Source of the DNA: Raja brachyura
Taxonomy: Eukaryota
Assembly: GCA_963514005.1 (NCBI GenBank)
Contig: OY740785.1
Location: 122,326,001 to 122,390,000, forward strand
Direction of reading: 5' to 3'
Length of the DNA: 64,000 nt
Shown here: positions 39,040 to 49,801 of the stretch, one piece after another
Position numbering within the stretch: the first letter of the stretch is position 1
Layout: every line of letters begins with the position of its first letter
Notes under the pieces: model-generated
Told to the model about the DNA's origin: nothing
What the model saw: only the letters and a program-made list of their open reading frames with translations
Databases searched by the model: none
Translations under genes and position numbers: made by a program

Positions 39040-39600
39040 ATCCTTCCTCCAGCCATCTGCCAATCGATATCTTCACCTTCACTCTTCCTAACTCTAACCC
39101 TAATCCCGAACCCCAGCAGTAGAAATATTGATCTTCCTTATTTCTTCTAAACTTTGCAATCCATCACTCCCCTTCCTCACCCACCCTAGTCGTCCTACTA
39201 GTTTCATTGTCGTCCTGCTTAGTTTTCCGTTTTGTATACACTCGTTATTACCTTTTCCACAGCCAACAAGAGGCCATTGTGGGCTCCACCATTCCTTGAT
39301 TGTTGTGGCTGGTTTTGATTTGTTCTTATCATAACTTTCATTCATTTGTTATTTGTACCTTTACATGCCTATAGTTTCCCCCTTCCCTTGATGTTTAAGA
39401 CAAAAAAGTAAGAATGTTATCCAATATTAGTATGTCTAATATTGCCCCTCTCCTCTGACGCTCAGTCTGAAGAAGAAGGGTCTGGAGCCGAAAGTCACTG
39501 ATTCCTTTTCACCGGAGATGCTGCGTGAGCCCCCGAGTTACTCCGCCCTTTGTGTCTATCATCGGTGTAAACCAGCAATTGCAGATCCTCCCGACACGTT
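39040..39600 (+). mobile_element. Penelope terminal-repeat remnant
   Basis: Similar to the reverse complement of 58150-58580; degenerate ctgaagaag...gaaa motif near 39467. Confidence 0.6.
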
Positions 39601-41276
39601 TCCTCCACTCATCACATCCCAGGCTTTATCCGGTCCCCACCTCTATTCACCACTTAATGGAGGAGACAATCTCAGCAGGTAACACAAACTGCTTATTTAT
39701 CCCACTTCAATACACGCTTCATTCCATTAGCCTCCCAAGACGGTTAATATTTTGTGTGTCATAATCTGGTTGCTCAGAAATGTTTGCGCCACGTCATTTT
39801 GAAGGTTCACCCCACTTAGATAATATTGTCAGTACTTGCTTTCCTTCTTCATTTCAAATATGATGTCCTCAATGTTTCATACATCATCCAATTTGGTACC
39901 CATTGTACATATCACACTGCAGGCTCTTTTTGTTAGCCTGACACTTCTCACTGGAACACTATTTGTGCCGTCAAAAGGCGTAAACACGGTAAACGGTGCA
40001 TTTATTGAAGTTAATAATATGCATTGTAAACAATTGACCTGTTCATCACTGATCTATGCAATAACCTCATCCAAAAACCAAGACATACACTCCATCTTCA
40101 AAGACTTACAACAACTTTGTCAAATACTGTTGCTTTTTCAAAAAATGATGAACAGTCTGTTAGAAGCGCTTATGAGCCCTAAGCACCCGGATGTTATCTT
40201 CTTAATCATGGCATTCAATATCTCCCCTCTGATAGATGTTTTACTATTTGCCGTTTTTCGTGCTCAATTCTGGCTCTCCTCCTTCTTAATCATGGTCACT
40301 TTTGCAGTTTTAACTCAGTTAGAGTTTTCCCACAATGTTATGTCATTTTCTAATATATTATAATCTATACTCTCTCTTTGTCTACATCTACTTATTTCTA
40401 ACGCTCACATTCAAGTCATTGGGTCCAGGTGACTTGTCGATGTCTAGCACATTAGTTTACTGCATTTTCTCTGGTGATTCAGCGTACTTTCATAAGTTCA
40501 GATATTCATGAATCATAGCAGCATAATTATATAATTTGGCCCGTCGAGTCTACTGTGCCATTCAATCGCTGCTGATCTTGCTTTCTCTCTCGTACCCCTT
40601 CACTGCCTTTCTGCAAAAGCCCTTGACTCCCTCACGAAACACAAATCTGCCAATCTCCGCTTTGAAACATAGCCATATAACATGGCCTCCACGGCTGCCT
40701 GTGGCAATGAATTTCACCAAATAAATTCCTCATTTCCTTACTAAGTCTATGTACGTTACACTGAGGCTGTGCTCCCTTGTCCTAGACTTTCCAACGAGTG
40801 GAAACATCCTCTCCACATTAACCTTCCGTGGGCCTTTCAATCTTCAATCAGTTGCAATAAGGTCTCACCACATCCTTTTAAAGTCCAGCATGCCTAGGCC
40901 TAGTGCCGTCAAACGCTCATCATAGGTTACCCCAATCACCCCGGATCATTATTCTAAGCCTCATCGGAACCCTCTCCAAGGCCAGCTTATCCCTCCACAG
41001 ATATGGGACCAAACACGGCTCAACATTTTCCATATCCTTGTGGTCCATTCTGCCAACCAGTTCATCTGCAGGCTCCCTGCTTCCTCTACACCACCTGCCC
41101 CTCTACCTATGTTCATATCATCTGCTAACTTGGCCACAAAGTCAAGTGCTTTGAGATTTTCTGCATCTATAAACATAGATCATTTACGGTGATGTTAACA
41201 TAGATGCAATATGCACTATTTCCATCATTGCAGGTTTCCATCTTTTTTCTTTAACAGAGAACCAAAGTGATTAACC

Positions 41277-41405
41277 AGTCTGAAGAAGGGTTTCGGCCCG
41301 AAACGTTGCCTATTTCCTTCGCTCCATAGATGCTGCCGCACCCGCTGAATTTCTCCTGCAATTTTGTCTGCCTTCGATTCTCCAACACCTGCAGTCTCTT
41401 CTTGA
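41277..41405 (+). mobile_element. Penelope-derived short element with best-preserved minimal hammerhead ribozyme motif
   Basis: CTGAAGA (41280-41286), A, GGG-tttcgg-CCC, GAAA (41300-41303), CGTT with palindromic ACGT helix III. Confidence 0.7.
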
Positions 41406-41994
41406 GCACCAGTCATTATATCAGTTGATAATGTTTATTCAGAATTTTCAAATACTTGTTGTATTTTCTGTATATTTGTTGCACAAAAAGTAGCTCAGCC
41501 CAGGTCTGGTAGTGGAACTGAGAAAATATGTGACCTTAACCCAACTTGCCAACACGGATAACTTTATTCCAGACTGCTACAGTTTCTGTAGGATTAATAC
41601 AGTTTTTGGTGAAGTCTGAAATAAATATAGACGCTCCCTCGTGCTTTAGAGCCGGCGGCATTTTGGGGTGTAATTATTGTAGACGTAGTGCAGCATGTGA
41701 AGTGGAGAGGTGCTTTAAACACATTGTGTAATGCAACGGAAGGATTTAGACAGGCATATGGATATGCAGAGAGTGGCGGGATGTGAATCATTTGCACATA
41801 GGTGAGATTAGTTTATCTTAGCATTATATTTAGTAGAGAGATTGTGAGTCGAAAGGCATGAAACTGTGCTGTACATTTCTATGGTCTGTGTAGTGTCTTT
41901 GCAAGACTATTGGGGAGTGTGCTCAGTGTAAGGTACAGAAGGTTGAGACAGATTGTGATTTAAGCAAATACAGACGTTGGGCTTGACAGATGGA

Positions 41995-42965
41995 TCAATA
42001 TACATCAATGATTTGGATGAAGGGATTCAAAGTAACATTAGCAAATTTGCAGATGACACAAAGCTGGGTGGCAGTGTGGACTGTGAGGAGGATGCTATGA
42101 AAATGCAGGGTGACTTGGACCAGTTGGGGGAGTGGGCAGATACATGGCAGATGAAGTTTAATGCAGATAAATATGAGGTTATCCACTTTGGTAGCAAAAA
42201 CAGGAAGGCAGATTACTATCTAAATGGCGTCAAGTTGGGAAAAGGGGAAGAACAACCCGATCTGGGGGTTCTTGTTCATCAGTCTATGAAAGTAAGCATG
42301 CAGGTACAGCAGGCAGTGAAGAAAGTGAATGGCATGTTGGCCTTTATACCAAGAGAAATCGAATATAGGAGCAAAGAGGTCCTTCTGCAGTTGTACAGAG
42401 CCCTAGTGAGACCACACCTGGAGTATTGTGTGCAGTTTTGGTCCCCTAATTTGAGGAAGGACATTCTTGCTATTGAGGGAGTGCAGCGTAGGTTTACAAG
42501 GTTAATTCCTGGGATGGCAGGACTGTCATATGCTGAGAGAATGGAGCAGCTGGGCTTGTACACTCTGGAGTTTAGAAGGATGAGAGGGGATCTCATTGAG
42601 ACATATAAGATTGTTATGGGCTTGGACAGACTAGAGGCAGGAAACATGTTCCCGATGTTGGGGAAGTCCAGAACCAGGGGCCACAGTTTAAGAATACGGA
42701 GTAAGCCATTTAGAACGGAGATGAGGAAACGCTTTTTCTCACAGAGAGTTGTGAGTCTGTGGAATTCTCTGCCTCAGAGAGGCAGGTTCTCTGGATGCTT
42801 TAAAGAGAGAGCTAGATAGGGCTCTTAAAAATAGCAGAGTCAGGAGTTATGGGGAGAAGGCAGGAACGGGGTACTGATTGGGGATGATCAGCCATGATCA
42901 CATTGAATGGCGGTGCTGGCTCGAAGGACCAAATGGCCTACTCCTGCACATTTTGTCTATTGTGT
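41995..42965 (+). mobile_element. CR1 LINE 3' portion
   Basis: ORF 41977-42819 RT C-terminus and 3' UTR. Confidence 0.9.
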
Positions 42966-42974
42966 ATTTTCTAT

Positions 42975-44490
42975 TGCTTTAGTGGGAGGGAGGAACTGAA
43001 GGGAACCCACGTTAGCCAGGAAATGGTGTTATGTAAACTGTTGGGGCTGAAGACAGATAAATCCGCAGGGCCTGATGGTCTGCACCCCAAAGTACTCAAG
43101 GAGGTGGCCCTAGAAATCGTGGATGCATTGGTGATCATTTTCCAATATTCTCCCGACTGGATCAGTTCCTGTGGACTGGAGGGTAGCCGTTGTAACTCCA
43201 CTTTTTAAGAAAGGAGGGAGATAAAAATCAGGGAATTATAGACCAGTTAGCCTTACATCGGTGGTGGGGAAGATGCTGGAGTCAATTATTAAAGATGTTA
43301 CAGCGGCGCATTTGGAAAGCAGTGACAGGATTGGTCAAAATCCGCATGGATTTATGAAGGGGAAGTCATGCTTGACGAATCTTCTGGAATTTTTTGAGGA
43401 TGTAACAAGTAGAATGGATAAGGGAGCCAGTGGATGTGGGGTATCTGGACTTTCAAAAAGCCTTTGACAAGGTCCCACACAAGAGATTAATGTACAAAAT
43501 TAGATCACATGGTATTGGGGGAAGGTTATTGATATGGATAGAGAACTAGTTGGCAAATTGGAAGCAAAGAGTAGTCATTAACTGGTCCTTTTCAGAATGC
43601 CAGGCTGTGACAAATGATGTGCGGGAAGGCTCGGTGCTGGAACTCCAGTTATTTACAATATTTATTAACGATTTAGACGAGGCAATTAAATGTGTCATTT
43701 CCAAGTTATGTTTACGGATGACACAAAGCTGGGTGGCAGTGGGAGCTGTGATGAGGATGCTATGAGGCTGCAAAGTAACTTAAAATAAAACAGATGCATG
43801 CAGTATAATGTGGATACACGTGAGGTTACCCAGTTTGGTGGCAAGAACGGGAAGGCAGTTTATTATCTGAATGGTGTCAGATTTGGAAAAGGGGAGGTGC
43901 AACGAGACCTGGGTGTGCTTGTACACCAGTCACCGAGGCAGTGAATAAAGCTAATGGCAAGGATTTGAGTTTCGGAGCAAGGAGGTCCTACTGGCAGGGT
44001 ACTGGCAGTTGTACAGGGCCCTAGTGAGATGACACCTGGAGTATTGTGTGCAATTTTGGTCTCCAAATTACAGGAAGGATAATATTGCTATTGAGGAAGT
44101 GCAGCGTAGGTTCACCAGGTTAATTCCCGGGATGGCGGGACTGAGAGGCTAGATGCAGGAAACATGTTCCTGACGTTGGGGGAGTCCAGAACCAGGGGTC
44201 ACGGTTTAAGAATAAGGGATAGGCCATGTAGATGAGGATAAAAAAATTCACCCAGGGAGTTGTGAATCTGTGGAATTCTCTGCCACAGAAGGCAGTGAGG
44301 CCAATTCACTGGATCTTTTCGAGAGAGTTAGATTTAGCTCTTAGGACTAATGGAATCAAGGGATATGGGGAAAAAGCAGGAACGGGGTACTTAATTTAAA
44401 TGATCAGCCATGATTATTTTGATTGGTGGTTCCTGTTCAAAGGGCCGAATGGACTACTCCTATTTTCTATGTTTCTATGTTTCCTCCATG
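42975..44490 (+). mobile_element. Degenerate CR1 LINE
   Basis: AGPDGLHPKVLKEVA and HGFMKGKSCLTNL; tail tttctatg at ~44464-44490. Confidence 0.88.
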
Positions 44491-44669
44491 TTTCTAACAC
44501 ATGACGCGTCAAGTATCAAGAATGTATAATTTTCATAAGCAAAATAATATTCTGAAGTGAATCCGTAATTTAAAATCACATCATTTTATTTGAACAAGAT
44601 ATGATAAAATGTGCAGCACACATACATCAAGCACGATCCACTGGACGTACGTGGCAGTGGATCATGCTT

Positions 44670-44905
44670 TATGTATGTGTGCTGCTATGTGTGTGTGAGT
44701 ATTTGTGTGTGAGTGTGTGTGTGAGTGTATGTGAGTGTGTGTGTATTTGTGCGTGCATGAGTGTGTGTGTGTGTATTTCTGCGTGCGTACGTGTATGAGT
44801 GTATGTGTGTGTGAGTGTATGTGTGTGTGAGTGTATTTGTGCGTGCGTACGTGTGTGAGTGTGCATGCATACGTGTGTCAGTGTGCGTGCGTACATGTGT
44901 CAGTG
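44670..44905. repeat. Degenerate (TG)n compound microsatellite
   Basis: gtgtgtgagtgtatgtgtgt arrays. Confidence 0.95.
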
Positions 44906-45484
44906 TGCAGAAGTGTATCTGTGTTAATAATGAAAAGCCTACAGTGGAGGTGTGGAAAGAACTCGATTCCTCCATTGACCTCGCGTGCTTAGACATTTCT
45001 TCAAGTGGTATTGTATTCATTGTATTTTCTATTAGATTTTTCCACACCATCCGCCCAACCAGTGCAGTCTGGATCATTGAAACACTATCCAACAAATATG
45101 CTCATTGATTGATTGGTTAGAATGCGCCTTCATTCAACTTTGCTCTTTGGAAGCAGCATCTGAAAATCAACACCACATGAGTCATCCCTAATGCCGATTT
45201 CCCCAATCACTGCACTAATCTACAATTCCCCTCCTGCATTATGCCATCCATTAATTTCCTTCTGATCTCTTAATGACATTTTAATATAATTTTGTGTTTG
45301 CTTTATATCAATTTCCTCTACTGCCTTTTATGTAACAAATCTGGATATTGACATTTTATCTGTATGGCTGTATGGTGACCACACATTTCACTGTACCAAA
45401 CTGGGACATGACAAATAAATGTATCTTGATATTGGAATGGACAGTCCCAATATTGTTCGAACGGCTCATATTGATAACAACGAA

Positions 45485-45666
45485 TGTGTAGGAAAGAACT
45501 GCAGATGCTGCTTTAAATCGAAGCTCGACACAAAATGCTGGAGTAACTCAGCGGGACAGGCAGTATCTCTGGAGATCTGAAGAAGGGTCTCGACCCAAAA
45601 TGTCACACATTCCTTCTCTCCAGAGATGCTGCCTGTCCCGCTGAGTTTCTCCAGCATTTTGTGTCC
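45485..45666. mobile_element. Inverted pair of Penelope-derived repeats forming a foldback around a mutated hammerhead motif
   Basis: 49-nt arms 45527-45575 / 45617-45665 (2 mismatches); loop contains ctgaagaagggtctcgacccaaaatgtc. Confidence 0.8.
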
Positions 45667-45721
45667 ACCTAACAATGAAGGCAGGTCTGTCTGTCATTCT
45701 TGCTCAAATATTTTTTTCTCG

Positions 45722-46203
45722 CCTCTTCCTGGGATGTCAGGACTTTCATATGAGGAAAGATTGGATAGACTCGGCTTGTACTAGTTGGAATTTAGAAGAT
45801 TGAGGGGGGATCTTATAGAAACTTACAAAATTCTTAAGGGGTCGGACAAGCTAGATGCTGGAGGATTGTTCCCGATGCTGGGGGAGTCCAGAACAAGGGG
45901 TCACAGTCTAAGGATAAGGGGGAATTCCTTTAGGACCGAGATGAGGAAAACATTCTTTACACAGAGAGTGGTGAGTCTCTGGAATTCTCTGCCACATAAG
46001 GTAGTTGAGGCCAGTTCATTGGCTATATTTAAGAGGGCGTTAGATGTGGCACTTGTGGCTAAAGGGATCAGGGGGTATGGAGAGAAGGCAGGTACGGGAT
46101 ACTAAGTTGGATGATCAGCCATGATCACATTGAATGGCGGTGCAGGCTCGAAGGGCCGAATGGCCTACTCCTGCGCCTATTTTTCTATGTTTCTATGTTT
46201 CTC
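45722..46203 (+). mobile_element. Young CR1 3' fragment ~0.5 kb upstream of the VH ATG
   Basis: Near-identical to the reverse complement of 49802-50275. Confidence 0.92.
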
Positions 46204-46536
46204 TCCTCGCTCTCCCTCTCACACACGCAAGCACACGCACACCCAGAAGCATTGTAATATAAATTTGAGGAATTCCGAACATATTTTACGAAAAAACTGC
46301 ACTATGAAACCAATCTTGAAACCATTTTATTTACAACTATACCATGAGTTTATATTGTGTAAGGGGCGGAAAAACACGCTGTTTTAGCCCCATCTCGAAG
46401 TTGCAAACCAAATCTCGTTGCACTTATGTGTAATGACAATAAAATATATTATTATTAATCTCTTGTGCATCTGTATCAGTGAATAGATGCGAGAGCGTGA
46501 GAGCATCTTGCTGTTGAGTTGGGAGCCGTGTCTCAG

Positions 46537-46604
46537 CCCCGCCCGCTGCACCATTCGGTTTACTGCCCCGCCCACAGCCGCACCCACTTTTGCCGGGTAT
46601 TTAA
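46537..46604 (+). promoter_or_regulatory. Putative VH promoter: two GC boxes plus TATA-like element, no octamer
   Basis: CCCCGCCC at 46537-46544 and 46566-46573; TATTTAA at 46598-46604, ~93 nt upstream of the leader ATG; no ATGCAAAT seen in the proximal region. Confidence 0.6.
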
Positions 46605-46696
46605 TTCTCTCTAAGAGGGTCCGAAATCCAACTTCCTTGCAGTTGGTTTGTTGCGAGGTTCTGCACAGAAACAACCGGGTCCCACTTCCCAGCGGG

Positions 46697-46742
46697 ATGA
46701 GGTCGGCGGTTTCACTGAGTCTGTTCCTGGCGTTAATAGTCC
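46697..46742 (+). pseudogene. IGHV: VH leader (L-part1) exon
   Basis: ATG at 46697 encodes MRSAVSLSLFLALIV + 1 nt, then donor gtgagt at 46743; 173-nt intron ends ttgcag at 46915. Confidence 0.93.
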
Positions 46743-46915
46743 GTGAGTAATGAGTTGGACAAATTCCTCATGCAAGTTTCTCAGTGGTATATCCACTACA
46801 CCGTTCCCCTTCTACCCACTCTAGAACCCTCCCAATTTATTTCCTATTAATAATTAGAGTCGGGGATCAATGGTCAATAATTTGTCCTCACCATTCATGC
46901 CTTTTTAACTTGCAG

Positions 46916-47208
46916 GCGTCCATTCCAATGTCGTTCTAACTCAGCCCAAGACAGAGACCGTCCGTCCTGGAGGCTCCATCACACTGACCTGCAAACCCAG
47001 CGGGTTCGATGTTAGCAGCTACTGGATGGCTTTGGTCCGTCAGGGCCCCGGGCAGGGGCTGGAGAGGCTGCTTCACTACTACTATTCCGGTAACAAGAAC
47101 TTCGCTCCGGGGACAGAGAGCCGATTTACTCCGTCCAAAGACAATTCTAATAATATGTTCACCGTGACGGCCAGGAACCTGAGGATCGGAGACACCGCTG
47201 TCTATTAC
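46916..47208 (+). pseudogene. IGHV: VH segment, 3'-truncated before Cys104
   Basis: (R)VHS-NVVLTQPKTETVRPGGSITLTCKPSGFDVSSYWMALVRQGPGQGLERLLHYYYSGNKNFAPGTESRFTPSKDNSNNMFTVTARNLRIGDTAVYY; first Cys present, C-A-R and downstream RSS absent; GLEW reads GLER. Confidence 0.95.
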
Positions 47209-47215
47209 TACTGGC

Positions 47216-47255
47216 GACTACTGGGGAGGAGGCGACATGATGACCGGAACCAGCG
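47216..47255 (+). pseudogene. IGHJ: JH segment fused to V, out of frame
   Basis: GAC TAC TGG GGA GGA GGC GAC ATG ATG ACC GGA ACC AGC G = DYWGGGDMMTGTS (WGxG motif), followed by donor gtaaga at 47256; no upstream heptamer/nonamer. Confidence 0.9.
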
Positions 47256-48549
47256 GTAAGAAACGTCATCCTATTCAGTCTCTAGATGTATCCAGTTGTA
47301 ATTTTATTCTATATTTCCAATAATTGTATTAAATTGTTCTTCTACATTTATTCCCCATTCATTGCAATGTTGGATCGATGTTGCTCTAGAATGTTATATG
47401 ATTCCGCTCCAGATTTAAGCTTGCCTTATGTGCTATGACTTTCGATCCTTTGACTATGAAACGGATGCGGTTTAGTTCCTAATTAGTGGGAAAATGCGCA
47501 TCAATTTGCTTTCACTGTGCTTGCTAATTGTTTGAGATTGTTGTGGTCCTTCGTCTGCGATGCATCAAACTGCATTTTCTGATCAACAGCAGGTACTTTG
47601 TCTCAGTTTGTTTCTTCTCAGCGCGTATGAAACAAACGACAGAAACGGATAAATCCTGGGTGTAAAATGTTCAAGTTTTTAAAGTGTATGTATTAATTGG
47701 TGGAATCGCCTTGCCACCTTTAATCCAATCGCTAACACAACTTGCATGGAAGAAGTAATAATGTCTTGCAGCAAAACACAGAAGTGCAAGGGTCAGGGTT
47801 AATTGCGCAGTTCTATATCTTGAAGTAGAATGAATAGGAAGGAACTGTGGATGCTGATTTGTGCTGGCGATTGACACAAAGAAGGACCAACTCTGCCTGT
47901 CCCGCTGAGTTGCTCCAACTTTTTTCGTCTATCTTGAAGTACAATGAGTTGGTCATGTGAACCAATGTTACAGCAAAGCTAAGAATGCAAAGTCCGTGAA
48001 ACGTGATCTATAGAATGACAATGTACCGGGTGTACGAGGGGACAGAGGAACTAGGGTGACGGAGGAACTGAAGGGAATTCACATTATATGGATATGGTAT
48101 CTATGTAATCCATGTGTATTGTGTTATTCATCGTTATTTCAACAATGATTGGCTCTGTGGTCATTGGGACAATGAATTTTGGTGGCCTTTGGACAGAGAT
48201 ATTTGGATTTTTGTGAAGAGTTTCAGCAAATGTGTGTTAAGCGATTCAACCCATCACGGTATGATTCAGCCGGTCATTGTGGGAGATGATATTGTTGCAC
48301 AATTTGACGTGTTTGTACGTTCAATTCGAATGGCAGCGACCGGGTATTGCTGTTGTATGAAGTGACGGATTAGGTCATTTCAATAAATGCAAAGGAGATA
48401 CATGTTTAAAAATAAAAATACGAAGAAATTACTAGAAATCATAAATAGGAACAGTAAATGTTGCAAACGCCCAGAGGGTCACGCAGCCCGTGGCGAAAGA
48501 CAAATCCCATAGAGGGGAGCCGAATGACAGCTGCTAGAGCCAGAGACAC

Positions 48550-48790
48550 GACTTTGTTCCCAAAATCAGGTGCAGACTGTGCGTTCTCCCTGTGGTTTCT
48601 TACTGGTGCTCTGCTTTCCTCCCACAACCCAAAAGAGTGCAGGTTTGCAGGTTAATTGACCCGGGTGATTGACCCAGGTGGGTCGGGGGTGGATGCAATA
48701 GTGCACTAACGTGGAACGCGTGTGTCGCCGTGGATTTCGTTGGCAGAAGGATCTATTTCTATGCTATATCAGTAATTGAAACTGAATTCG
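48550..48790 (+). mobile_element. Old SINE remnant (elasmobranch HE1-like)
   Basis: gcgttctccctgtggtttct...gctttcctcccacaacccaaaag...gtttgcaggttaattg core typical of V-domain SINEs; recognised from memory, not searched. Confidence 0.5.
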
Positions 48791-49801
48791 CCATGGTTTA
48801 GTCTCCCAACGATAGTCGACCTGGAAAATGCTTGGCTTTCTCTTTCCACAAATGCTGCCTAACCCAATGACCCATTTCTCTGTTTTCTGTCAAAGATCAC
48901 GAGTTTACCCATTTGGAAAATGTGTTGACTGTAAAATGGGGAAATTTCAGAACAGCTATTGTTTGGGCATAACTTTTAATCCATGGATTTATTAGAAAGA
49001 GAATTTGAATTTGTGTTTGTCTCTGGCTCCCAATGTCATTTAAACATAAAATGTTCCTCTATTTAGCCAATTGCTAATGAAAAATGTCAGTTTTACGAAT
49101 AGTTATGGTAAAAAAAATGAAAAATTGGGAAATGGAATGTTGGAAACAAAATTTACTCTGCTATTTTAGACAATAGGTCATACGGTCCTCGAGCCAGCAC
49201 CGCCATTCAATGTAATCATGGCTGATCATCCACAATCAGTACCCCGTTCCTGCCTTCTCCCCATATCCCCTGACTCCGCTACCTTAATTTTAATTATAAA
49301 ACTAAGAGTATCCCACTAATCCTTGAACAGAGTGGGAATTGAAATCGATGGCTTAAAGGAGGGGTTGAGTGACGTTCAAATTTACATTTGCATTTATTTA
49401 ATTAAAACATTGATTTAGCAACATTGTGCATTTTCGCTATTAAAAGTAGACTTCCTCTATATGAATGAAAGCCTTTTCCTGTGAAGTCACGAACCAAACT
49501 CAGATTTTTTTTAATAGATTGCAGGTTATAATTTATAATTTGTATCTTTTTTTATTCGTTTCCTATCGGACAGTGATACAATGTTAATCATTCGTTCTTC
49601 AGTGCCGATGACATTGTAAACGTAAACTCGTTTTACAGATGCTGGAAACGGAAATGAGCATCATTGCATAAACATTCATTTAAATGTATTATTGAATTCA
49701 TTAAGGCAATGGTGCACACAGACAAACATTGAAACCTGTGCCAATTTATTTAATTACGAATTATTTATATGCTACATTTAGTTTCCAGAAGTTGTGGTAT
49801 A

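Noticed and set aside
39836-40363. 175-aa hydrophobic ORF as a membrane protein
   Set aside because: No domain motif or splice context; the region reads as the antisense of a very old LINE.
44601-45108. His/Thr- and Cys/Val-rich ORFs
   Set aside because: Translations of a TG microsatellite.
47026-47043. Leu in place of the canonical V-domain Trp (MALVRQ versus WVRQ) as an inactivating lesion
   Set aside because: I recall skate VH genes carrying LVRQ normally, so it may be lineage-typical; not counted as a defect without an alignment.
46916-47255. Processed (retrotransposed) Ig pseudogene
   Set aside because: Leader intron, J-C intron and C1-C2 intron are all present.
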